Shown here one piece after another: positions 48,889 to 60,567 of a DNA stretch of 64,000 bases. A program made the translations under genes and the position numbers. Numbering within the stretch: the stretch's first letter is position 1; each line of letters opens with the position of its first letter. Origin of the DNA: Macrostomum lignano (taxonomy: Eukaryota); NCBI GenBank assembly GCA_002269645.1, contig NIVC01003286.1, positions 1 to 64,000 of the forward strand. The letters run 5' to 3'. The notes beneath the pieces are model-generated. The model saw nothing but the letters and a program-made list of their open reading frames with translations. It was not told the DNA's origin and did not search any database.

Positions 48889-49537
48889 GCAAGTCGTCTT
48901 AAATTAAAAAAAACTGCAATTCAAGCGGTAAAACTGCGAAAGCGCCCCCTATGTGCTTCAAAATCTGTTCAAGCGAAAGATGGAGCAGACTCCACAGCTG
49001 CCTCTATCAAAGCTTCATGGATGGCATCGGCATGCATTGGGTGCAGGAAAATCGGTCCTGGTTACAAATCATAAGCGGCTATACAACACAGACACAAATC
49101 AGCCTATGAAGATCATTTAAACGTCTCTACCGGGTGTAGTGTTGAAATTTTGGCCCTGAATCACAACTGATTGCTGCCATCGACTAAAGAGTAGCTAAAT
49201 GAAATAGCAAACCTGTTTCAGCTTCTCGTAGTGGTCAAGAGAACTCTTCAGTGGCGTCACCATGACTTCCGTGATGCGAGGGAACGGCTGCCAAATGTAC
49301 GCAGTTATTTAATAGTGTGACAGCCGGGTTACGTTGCACAGTATTCAAGAAAATGCAAATAAAAATCTTTACGAGTACTTTCCTACGTAGAGACTACTCA
49401 AAAAGACGGTGCACTTTCAAACCGTGAACATTCACTGACTGTTGCTGCTCCACGAGGTACATACTAATCGGCTTCGGTTTTCTTGAATATTTATCTTGGG
49501 AAGTAATCATCTATGCTTGTTTTGACGTTTAAAAGTT

Positions 49538-52500
49538 TCATTTACCTACTGCACAGTAGAGCAAAGCAAGTTCTAACAGAAAGGAAAGCGGTAACATTGG
49601 GATGATCAGCTTTGAAACTTCACATGAGTCATTTTTCAAAGCTCTATGATTTTGAAAGTCCTTCCACTGTTGATTCGGCCAGTCTGCTAGCAAATAAACT
49701 GTTTCAAAACCCTTCGACTGTCTTGCCTGCTTTCGTCTGGCTTCCTCTTGCTCTTTGAGTGTCTCGTACTTGTGCAGAGAGGATTTCAGCTGCTGCACCA
49801 TGGAGTCCGTGAGCGCGGGGAAAAGCTGACGAGTGCGACAGGAGTTGGATGGGTGCTCAGACGTCAGACACTGTCGTTGAACTGAGATGGTCTATTATAG
49901 CTGAGCTAGTACTGACATCATTTCTGTCTATGCATGACCTTTACTTTCACTAATTCTCTCAACGGACATCCAACCCATCCCTCTTCATTTCAAGTCAAGT
50001 TCAAGTTCAATTAGCATTAGCTGGAGTAGTTGAGGGTGTTTGTGGCGACCCTCCAGTCATTGGACTGAACAGCCGTATGCAGCCTTTCAGATGCGCCGCG
50101 CAAGAGTTTCGGCTGAGCTGTTGGTTGCCCATCTGCCCACTGAGCAGGCGTAATAATTCAATCAACAATTATTTGACTTATATGAAAGGAAAAGCTACGC
50201 TTTGATTAAACTGGCTACAGTTTGTGAGGTGAGAGCAAAACAACCAGTTGATATGAATGAATCATGAGTTTCGTGCTTTCCATCGCCATGATCAACATCC
50301 ATTTCGCCTTATCTGACTGCAGTACAAGCTGCATGCAGGCTACCAAAATTGCAAAACCTCACCGTATCTTAGCCTCACCTTAGCAACCGCCTCAAACATT
50401 GGAATGAGTACGAATCGGATGAAACCAATCTGAGCTGTTGGCTTTGTCACCTTCTCTCGGTCCATGAAGGGGGCCACGGGTAGGCCTTCGATTTTTTCTC
50501 GATCCGACTGATGTCAAAAAATGTTTTGAAACGTTGGTGTAGTGACTTTCTACTCATGGTTACGTATAGTAGTATGTTTCACTCGCAAAGTGGCTGGCTG
50601 ATTAATTGAACTAACCTGATTAAAATACTCCTCCAGCAAGCAGTCGACCCATGGCTCGCTGACCTCCATTGGGCGAACTTCATTGGAGATGTCGCAGCAC
50701 TTGATCAGCACCATTTTCAGCTGCAAAAATGCAGAATAGCTGTGATACATAAATGCGACTGGAAGTCCTATGAACTCTGTCTAAACTAAATTCTGAATGC
50801 AGCGTGAACTCACCGTATCCAAGTGATCCTTCTTGGAGAAATCGAAGCCTTCCTCGGTGCGCTTCTTGAAGTTCTCCAGGATCTCAGCGTGTCGAGCCAT
50901 GTCGGTGGCCAGAATCAGCATCGTCATGCCCTGGGCATTAATTGATAAAGACAGTTAGTCAGTTCGCTCGGGGGCTGTAGTGTGAGCAGTCAGTCGGCAG
51001 TCTATTCGTAGGCAGTGCAAGCAGTTACGCCATGGCACGCGCCCACACTGGGTGTACAGAGGCCTTGATTTTCTCTATTTTCAGACACGTTCACACGTAC
51101 ACTCTCTGTACTTGGAGGCTTGGCTTTCACGTTAATTTTGCAACAAGTTACAGGCCAATTTAATCAAATTTTACTTAAAAAATAAATTCATTCGAAAGTA
51201 AACAAGGGCCGCTTGATAAATACTCGTAATATTGTAAACTTGCATCCACACTCCTCTCAAGCGTTCGCCTCTTGATTTGGCTATCACGAGCACGAGTCGA
51301 GGATTCCCTAGGATTACAGCTTTTTTAATTATTTAGAAACTTTTGTTTTACCAAGAGAGATAACAATAGCTTGTACTAACCTTGCGAATACGCTGGAAGG
51401 CCTCCTTGTCTACATTGGCGAATATATTGGTCTCCGGATTGTTGAGTATCTGGAAAGCCACAGCGCAGTGATGATTCTCTAGTGGGCTGATGTCGTTATA
51501 ACGGATGGCAAGCTCAGTTCTAGCATTGATTTGGTAGGTGTTGTTGTAGCCCGGGTGGTCAAGGTCGTGGCAAATCGCGGCCGTGATGAGGATGCCCAGA
51601 TCCTCCTTGGGCAGCAGAGAGTCCAGGCCGCACAGGTGAATCATGCCGTACATCATTTGCGACACACAGAAGCAGTGGCGAAAGTTGTGGAACGGGTTGT
51701 TCCGATAGTTGGCCTGGATGCACAGCTGTGTGTCGAATTATACTTTTGACTTTTAGCAACTCAGTAGCGATTTTGATCGATTAAAAACTAAACAAAACGA
51801 CTGAAAACTAAAGGCCTAAGCAAAAATTGATCACAAGATAGCTCGCTCTAGAATCCTCAATCCTTGTTCTAAAAATAGCCTTCTTCAATAATTAGAGGGC
51901 ATTGCGTTCTGAGTGAAGACGTCATTAGCTAACTTTTTGTGGAAGGCTAGACTGTTGAGCAGAAGACTTACCAGCCAGCGTTTCAGAGTCACCGGGTTCA
52001 TGTTGAACTCTTGCAGCAGATCCAGCTCGTGATACATGTGCTCCAATAGACTGAGCATCTGAAAGAATTGGGTGTACGGTTTTTAAATTATTAGTAAATT
52101 AGTGCGGCTTATGGTACAATCAGGTTTTTTCAGGTTTTTAAGCATCAGTTATCAAGCTTACTTCGTTTGGTTCCCAGTGCCAATTATCGAACGTTGGCTT
52201 TTTAAGGTACTCGACTGTTTCTTGCGACAAAATGTACTGAAATCGATTAGAAATTCATGGAGTTTGTTGAGAAATGTTTCAAAAGAAGCAGGGGGCTTTG
52301 TGCACCCATAAGCAAAATTGTCACACAACTGGCGAGAAGCATCACTACACAGACTCCCCTGAGCAGGCACACAAGCGCGCGGATGCGTACTCACAGGCAC
52401 ACTCACAGGGGCCCTAAATTTATTTATAGTTAGGCATGTACACTTCCCTGTGACTTGGGGGTGAGCCCTCAAATTAAGCCTAGCCGAACAAAGCCACGCC

Positions 52501-55203
52501 GAGATTCCAATTTAGCCCCAAATTAATGTGACTGCATTTGGTATGGGGCCTGGGATGCTGGGACTTCTGCACTGCACTTTTAGATTCTCTAAAAGATATT
52601 TGCACAGCTGCTGAGCCTCAAACCTTTTGAAAAGCCGGCACACGCTTCATGCTAACAAATTTGATTCCATTGTCCGCCGTCAAAACAATATCCTCGCTGT
52701 CTTGCGATGACATTGGAACCCTGCAATTGAATTTTTTTTTAATTGGCTTAACACTAGGTTTCTATGACAACGGCATGAAGGAAACATGATAGATTCATCA
52801 AGTTGATTCCATTAAGTCTAAGTAGAGCTAAATGTAAGGCATTACGGATTTAGTGAGTCGCACCGACTCAGCCAGAGTTACAATGTGTATTTACACGCCC
52901 TAGCAAGCATCGAATTTAGAAGCAAGTCGTAAAAAAAGAGCAGAGCTCGAGAAATCAAGCTCGTGAGACTTTATCCACCTGTAGCATCGATATTCTTTAG
53001 AATTCTTTAGTTATTCGCGACGAGAACTGAGTACTATTCCGTGCCTCTCCTTGATCAGTTGCCGCCAGGGACGAGCAGAGCCTTGGACTCTAAGTGCGAC
53101 TATCCGACCAACTCATGCGAAAGAAGCCATCTCAGTCGAAATTCCCGGCGGGTTCAGATGAGGAGACCAGTCTAGCGAACTACATTGAGAACTAGCGCGG
53201 ACTTCCTTACTTTCTTGTTTCTCAAGTTGATTTAGTAAGATTTCACAGTACGTGGCCACTTCATTTAACTACACGTACTGGTGCCACACAAGCGTCCAAT
53301 GAGATAATGGATGCACCAAACAAGAACATTTTGTTTGTCTACTGAACGCAAACATTGAAACAACACAATCTCGAAATTGAAAACAGGTAACGGCTCGTAT
53401 CATACACTCGAAAATAATTACTCTGCTCTTGTTTACTTTGCCATCTGTCTCCCCCGCTAAAAACTTGAGTCCTCACTTCAGTTCCAGTTCCCTTTACTCA
53501 GCTTTGCAGTAAACCTGATGCACTTTTTCTCTCTCTCAATCCAGACAAAACCGACTCACAGCTTTGAGCCGGTTTCAGACGCCTGGCTCAGCTTCTTGCC
53601 CTGCTGCCAGACTTGGTCGCGGACTTCGCTGATCTCCTTCTTGCAGCGCTCGATTTCCACAAGTTTCAGCGATTCGCCTGAAAAGTTTTCGGCGATTCTA
53701 GATTATATATGTGTGTAGATGTTATGCATTTTCACCAGACTTGTACGGTGGTAAGAAACTCACTTTCAAGTCTCTTCTCAATTATATTGAGCCGTTTGTC
53801 CAGTTCAGTTCTGAACTCCTCCATGCGAAAAGCTCTGAAATGCGCACCGGTTTAACGATTTTGTTTAAATCTCATTCGGACCGACGATAGAAATAAAGCA
53901 AAGTGAATTCCTGCCTGTTAAACTGCTCTCCAACTTTGCTGAGCACCAGGCTCAGAGCTTGCACCTCGGTGTCTCCGGAGTCGCCAGCTTTCGTTACGTT
54001 GACGCGGTAAGCCGAGCTGAAAGCGGTTACAGAAATTATTAATTTTTTTTAGAGTCAGAGGGGTTGTGTGCACCCTGGCGCACTTTAAGCGACATAAGCA
54101 CACAACCGGCGAGAGGCATTACTGCCCATTCCGCCGACTCCCCTGAGCAGGCATACAAGCGCGCGGATACGTACGCAGGCACACACTCACACAGGAGTGT
54201 ACAGCGGCCCTAACTTTATATTATCGTTAGGCATGTACACTTCACTGCGCCTCGGGGGGTTGGCTCTCAAGGCCGTTAATTGCACGAGCAGAGCCAAGCC
54301 GAGATTCCAATTCAGTCCCAAATTAATTTGACTGCACTTGGAATCGAGCCTGGGTCGCTGGCACACCAGAGCAGCTGCGCTACCGCTGGGCTACGGCCCC
54401 CCAGCGGTTACAGCAAGCTTTTAAAGTTCCTATGCAACAGTTTTACTCTTAAACCCATTAGCCTGTCATTCCTTACTCAGTTGTGTTCTGCGGCATGTCT
54501 GGCACAATGGGCACGTGACCACCTTCGGAAGTTTTGAGAACAATTTGCGAGCTGCGCTTCACTTGGGCCACCTGACAAATCAGGTCGTGAATGTCCTGCG
54601 ACGAGCAGTGCGGGCTGAATACGATCTGAAATAGTGAGTAGTGGACGGAACTGAATAACGTGCTTTGAGCATATACACCGGGTTCATAACAATAAGTGGT
54701 TCGTGGGTGTGGTCGTGGTTCAGATGAAAAGTACTATTAAGCCATAGCATCAGATAATTGGCTCCAATCGCGAGCTCATTAAGCCCAGCTGGACAATTGT
54801 TTACGGTCTATAAATTTAGCATTTCATCTGAGTGATCATCCGAAAAATATTTACCTCACCTGTGCAGTTTTTGCAGGACTTAATTATTTTATGATCCGAA
54901 AGAAGCAATCCAACCCTGCTGACCCAATCTAATTTTAGCCAGCATTTTTATGCCTATCAATTATCTGAAGTTCTCGAAAGCACCCCCCTCCCATCTGGTT
55001 GCATTAACAGCGCCGCAGCTGAGGCCATGTTTTGCTGCCGATGTGATGAAATAGTTACCCATACGTTCGTATATCGATATGTTTTTGTAAGCAGCTATAG
55101 GCTCGACATGCGCTATAAAACAGCCGCTGAATGAACTCACCGACTCTGTTTTGCCGTTCACGCTCAAGAATATCGATCTCGACGTAGCCACTCCGTTGCC
55201 CAT
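49538..55203 (-). CDS. PDE9A: High-affinity cGMP-specific 3',5'-cyclic phosphodiesterase, PDE9 family
   Basis: Exons (minus): 55141-55203, 54477-54625, 53915-54016, 53764-53834, 53560-53677, 52624-52720, 52162-52236, 51972-52058, 51381-51725, 50814-50930, 50616-50720, 50379-50507, and a last exon from 49825 (stop at 49538 if unspliced; 3' end uncertain). All phases compatible. PDE9 motifs [65 protein letters not shown]; MG start. Confidence 0.92.
52330..52570 (-). mobile_element. Degenerate copy of the tRNA-derived SINE
   Basis: Aligns with 54105-54350 (GACTCCCCTGAGCAGGCA...GTTAGGCATGTACACTTC...GCCGAGATTCCAATT). Confidence 0.7.
54043..54402 (-). mobile_element. tRNA-derived SINE in PDE9 intron 2
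   Basis: Minus-strand head GGGCCGTAGCCCAGCGGTAGCGCAG...GGCTCGATTCC has A-box-like and B-box-like Pol III motifs; A-rich 3' end; second copy at ~52330. Confidence 0.7.
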
Positions 55204-56375
55204 GACCGATGAGATGAGAATTTTTAGACAAAGCTTAAATAAAATTGAACACTTGTTTAATCGATTTGTATGTTTGAGTACTTCGAGAAACCCTGAGCAG
55301 CTGCTGTGTCGCTTGACCGTCGGAAAACTGGATTCTCGATTCCCATAGGGGTGTTTTTATAGGTAGAGCTCGCCTCGGCTATGGGGCAGCTCGGATTGGG
55401 CCAGGCGATGATGACGGCGGAACTGAGAGCGGAGAATAGGAAAGTAGAAGGGATTTGAGACCGAGGGAAAGAGGGTAATGGGGAAGCGGCCGGACTGCCT
55501 GCCGGGTATTTCATTAGCGCCGGCCTGTTCCTCTCTGTAAACGGATTATTCCCTCCTCATACACCTGCCTTCCCACCTGGAGTCCAATTGACTCGCGAAC
55601 TTGGTCTGGATAGAAAATTTGGGAAACGGAGGCCGCAGGGGAGAGGGGGGGGGGTTCCTGCTAGGCAGTCGGCTAAAACAGAAGAATACGAGCAGCAGGA
55701 AGGACAGCGTGTTGTCGCACCTTCGCTAGTTTTTTGTCGAGCTTAGATGAAGATGTTCCTCTCTGTTTCTCTGTCCCCTATGTAGGTAGACTTTCCACGC
55801 TTCTCTTTGCAGTAAAGTTGCCAATTTATTTCGCTAGCTTTCGAATTAGCTTGGAACGCACGTTCAAGGCGCGTGCACAAAACGCGTATAGCTATACATG
55901 TAGCTCTGCGACACCGATGCAAACGAAATACAGATAATTAAAAGAACTTGCTCTGCTAGTCTAATAACCCTGCCTTTGATGCTTTCACTGGTTCTGCGAC
56001 AACTGCAACGTCCGACGGTAGCAAAGGATTGATCAATTTTATGGGAGATGCTGCTTAAGAGTCTTATCTAGGTTTTTACTGGCTATTTCGTACATGCAAG
56101 AGCTGTGCATTTACAACTTTATTCGTTAATTGCACGAAAAATGGTACAAAAATTGCTTTCTAGCAGGAAAAAGAAGATAAACAGCTGATCTTTAGCCGTG
56201 AAGCGGATTTATCAAGTTAACTATCCTCTATTCTTAGAGACAGAGCAGAGACAAAGACAGAGTAAACCGTCTGACCCTCGCGCTCGCGATCCCGTGGTTC
56301 GATTCCGTGTGTCATTTATTTATTTATTGCATTCATTAATAGCTTCTGCACGAAAAATTTAGCTGGTGGATTGTC

Positions 56376-56675
56376 TGGGCGCCAACCTCCAAGATACAAA
56401 CGACAGAAAATGTACATACCTAAAAAACTCTGGGCGCCAACCTCCAAGATACAAACGACAGAAAATGTACATACCTAAAAAACTCTGGGCGCCAACCTCC
56501 AAGATACAAACGACAGAAAATGTACATACCTAAAAAACTCTGGGCGCCAACCGCCAAGATACAAACGACAGAAAATGTACATACCTAAAAAACTCTGGGC
56601 GCCAACCTCCAAGATACAAACGACAGAAAATGTACAGGCCTAAAAAACTCTGGGCGCCAACCTCCAAGATACAAA
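56376..56675. repeat. 55-bp tandem repeat, ~5.5 units
   Basis: TGGGCGCCAACCTCCAAGATACAAACGACAG... recurs at 56376, 56431, 56486, 56541, 56596, 56651. Confidence 0.95.
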
Positions 56676-57417
56676 AGACTATATTTGTATTAACCGTATA
56701 AACAGAAGTAAGGCGAACATGTAGCATTTTACACGTACATGTGCTTACAGGATCCGTCTTTTACTCTTCCATGGATACATCTCCGTGATTGTTTTTACTA
56801 GAATATCCTAGGGTCTGTCTTGGGACTCTGAGGTATCTAAGATGCACTGTCTCATGGTGGGTTCTCTCGGCCGTTTCTTGGCGGGCGCCCCCTATACCCC
56901 TGTTGCCTACGCCGGTGAATGCTTTTTCCAAGGGCTGTCATTCATCGAGCTTCTGGAGGAGCACAACTTGTCGTGGTTCGATTAGAAAAACAAACTATTG
57001 GCATTTTGCGAATATTTTATCATGTCTGCCGTCAGGAATCGCTCTTAGAAAATATCAAAGCCTTCTGTTTCACCTGACGCGTCACCCACTGGGCTGCCAG
57101 GAGATAACTCACATCATTTTTAATCCGGAGGATGCCGTGCTAAATTATCTTTCAGATTTTAAATTCATCCCAGGAGTAGCTAATTTGAATTCTCTCGGGA
57201 CAGACAGCCCCGCCAATGGAATAGGATTAGCAGACAGTGGTGGCATAAGCCACGCCAGAACGGCCGAATGAAGCAGCGAGCTGGTCGAGCTGATGTGACT
57301 GAGTTAATCTGATAATAACAAGTTATTAAATATTGATATTTCATCAAGTCTTGACTGATTGAAAATCGGCACGACATTCTGCCACCCGCTCGACATCATT
57401 GAAACGTCTTTAAAAAG

Positions 57418-58095
57418 TCCCTGTCCCTTGATGCATGGGTGCCACTGTCACTTGATGCGCGTCCCTGTTGCTTGATTATAATCCCTGTCACTTGATGCAT
57501 GGGTGCCACTGTCACTTGATGCGCGTCCCTGTTGCTTGATTATCATCCCTGTCACTTGATGCGCGTCCCTGTTGCTTGATTATCATCCCTGTCACTTGAT
57601 GCATATGCGTCCCTGTTGCTTGATTATCATCCCTGTCACTTGATGCGCGTCCCTGTTGCTTGATTTAAGTTCCTGTCGCTTGATGCATATGCGTCCCTGT
57701 CGCTCGATGCATATGCGTCTCTGTCGCTTGATGCATGGGTGTCCCTGTTGCTTGACTTGCGTCCCTGTCGCTTGATGCATATGCGCCCCTGTCGCTTGAT
57801 GCATATGCGCCCCTGTCGCTTGATGCATATGCGCCCCTGTCGCTTGATGCATATGCGCCCCTGTCGCTTGATGCATATGCGTCCCTGTCGCTTGATGCAT
57901 GGGCGTCCCTGTTGCTTGACTTGCGTCCCTGTCGCTTGATGCATATGCGCCCCTGTCGCTTGATGCATATGCGTCCCTGTCGCTTGATGCATGGGCGTCC
58001 CTGTCGCTTGATGCATATGCGTCCCTGTCGCTTGATTATCGTCCCTGTCACTTGATGCGCGTCCCTGTGGCTTGATTATCATCCCTGTCACTTGA
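57418..58095. repeat. Complex minisatellite with core CCCTGT(C/T)(G/A)CTTGA and variable unit length (24-bp main unit)
   Basis: Direct reading. Confidence 0.9.
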
Positions 58096-59735
58096 TCGAT
58101 GATCTAACAAGCTCTTTTAGCAATCAAAACCCTACACGATTGATATACAAAACGCCAGTAAAGATGCAAAAGGTATGTGCGATAACAAAAATCGGTCAAC
58201 ATCTGGGCGTTAGAATGAGCCTCTTAAGCCTCAATAAAGTGAACCTAATAAAGCATATTGCTAGAAAATCTAAAAGTATGTATGTATGTATTTTGATCAG
58301 TTAATCGATCACTCTAAAGCAACAGTTATTGAATAGAAAATCTGTTCAATTGCGTTATTGAATATGCTTATATCATTTTATTCTCAAGATCAGACAATGG
58401 ATAAAATTGCATGCTAAAAAAGATTTTAATATAATATAATTTAACCTGCTTGATGGTTCTGTACACCATGCGGCTGTATTCTATACTATAATTCATCTGA
58501 CAGTTACATAGAACCATAAAGCGTTTATTTATGTTCGTATGCTCTAAAAAATTGACCTTTATTACCAATTGATACCATATACATGTATTGTTAAAATGCG
58601 TGTAGACATACAAATTCCACGGGGGGCCGCGTGTGATGGCCAGCTCTGACATATGTAGGATAGCTACATGTACACGTGGAAGTCTATACGATCTTCATGG
58701 TACCAGCAATTTTATTAGACAACGTTTGCTATACAAGTACATGTTTACATGTACCCGCGTTTGTAAGCAAAACAGTGTGGCTAGCTAAGTTATAACCCAC
58801 GCTTGGCAGCAGGATATACATGTACATGCTCTGCAAAGTCAAGCTGACAGCTAAAAAATAGTGACATGTACATGTAAGTTGTCCTTGCGCAACTAATAGT
58901 AATAAAATAATACGTAAAATATTTGTTAAAATTTACAAAACGCTCATCGGTAGTCGCGGTGCTTGATTTAAATAGATCGACAATGAATGGGTCATGTGTG
59001 ACGAGTTTATTTAGTTCGAGAACATGGGACTGATGCGCGTGCGCGTGCTGAGTCTGAGTGTTGATCTTGTCCTAGGCCAATATACGTATTATTAATTTAA
59101 CAACTTAATTGCTAGTCTGAATAATGGCGAGTAGGTCAGAAGCAGTATGGCAATGCCAACTGTTTACCAAAGGTAATCTGAGACGATAATATAATGCTAA
59201 TGCCACCAAGCCTACGGGTACTAAGACCAACACACAGAGCGCAGGCCTATCAAGAACTGCAAAAACTATCAAGAAGCAAAATTTGAATAACCGCACTAAT
59301 TGAAAATAAAAAAACAAAATTAAACCAAATGGGGAAGTAACTAAAAAAGTTACAAACATTAGACCAAAATAGATATAGTTTTAAATATTAATTGCAAACA
59401 CCATAAATACGAAATTGAACATTTTCAATACAGAAGCGACGACGTTACATCCGCCCCTTTCCGCAAAAATTAGGGACCGGCCTGGCGATCTTATGAATTC
59501 GAAAATAACAGGGCTTAAAATGTAATAAAATGTCAACGAAAGTTGTTATTTGTGCGTACTCGAACTCCACAAATATTGGTTGGGAATAAAACCAGTAGAC
59601 GATCGATTAAGCAATAAGTAACGATATAACATTCAGTAATATAACTATTTTATATTCGCGAAAAATTAATTGAGAGACAAACGGTCAGAAGGAATCAAAA
59701 GTGGATTAAGACATACGAGCGTACGAAACGCCAAA

Positions 59736-60190
59736 GGAGGCCGATGGTAGCCGGCAGGAGGCCGGTGGTAGCCGGCAGGAGGCCGATGGTAGCCAGCAGG
59801 AGGCCGATGGTAGCCAGCAGGAGGCCGATGGTAGCCCGCAGGAGGCCGATGGTAGCCGGCAGGAGGCCGATGGTAGCCGGCAGGAGGCCGATGGTAGCCG
59901 GCAGGAGGCCGATGGTAGCCAGCAGGAGGCCGATGGTAGCCAGCAGGAGGCCGATGGTAGCCGGCAGGAGGCCGATGGTAGCCGGCAGGAGTCCGATGGT
60001 AGCCGGCAGGAGGCCGATGGTAGCCAGCAGGAGGCCGATGGTAGCCGGCAGGAGCAGGCCGATGGTAGCCGGCAGGAGGCCGATGGTAGCTGGCAGGAGG
60101 CCGATGGTAGCCAGCAGGAGGCCGATGGTAGCCGGCAGGAGCAGGCCGATGGTAGCCAGCAGGGGCCGATGGTGGCCGGCAGGAGGCCGA
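59736..60190. repeat. 21-bp (some 24-bp) minisatellite GCCGATGGTAGCCGGCAGGAG between pol and PPT
   Basis: Direct reading. Confidence 0.9.
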
Positions 60191-60567
60191 TGGTGGCTGG
60201 CAGGAGACCGATCCTCCCCCCTAATAACTACAACTGCAGAACCCCCCCCCAAAGACGAAAGAAAAGAACCTAAGGTGGAAAGGCACAAGAAAGCTAGGAA
60301 AGTTTCACACCAGGCTTAGAGCGTTGCAGCAACGATAGCCCGCAACACAGCCAAGGGCAAACGATATGTGCGAAAACCAAAGCAGACCACCAGCACTAAA
60401 AACTGAAAACTCAAATTTACCTTTTCATGGTTACTCTAACGACTGCTGCAATGTCGTATTCGAATATTTCCATTTCAATATTTTTGGATTTTTTAAAAGT
60501 TTTTTTGTCAGTTAAAAATCATTAGTAGTGAGCAATGACCCCAAGTAAGCCCCATTAAAGTTAAACG

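Noticed and set aside
54330-54402. tRNA gene
   Set aside because: A/B-box-like motifs are present but no convincing cloverleaf; it continues into a repeated body, so it was called a SINE head.
56376-56675. CRISPR-like regular repeat
   Set aside because: Units are head-to-tail 55-mers with no unique spacers; no cas genes; eukaryotic context. The same applies to the 23-, 44- and 15-bp arrays.
56860-57130. APYTPVAYAGECFF resembling a transposase or integrase motif
   Set aside because: Short, interrupted by stops, no other catalytic motifs; too weak to call.
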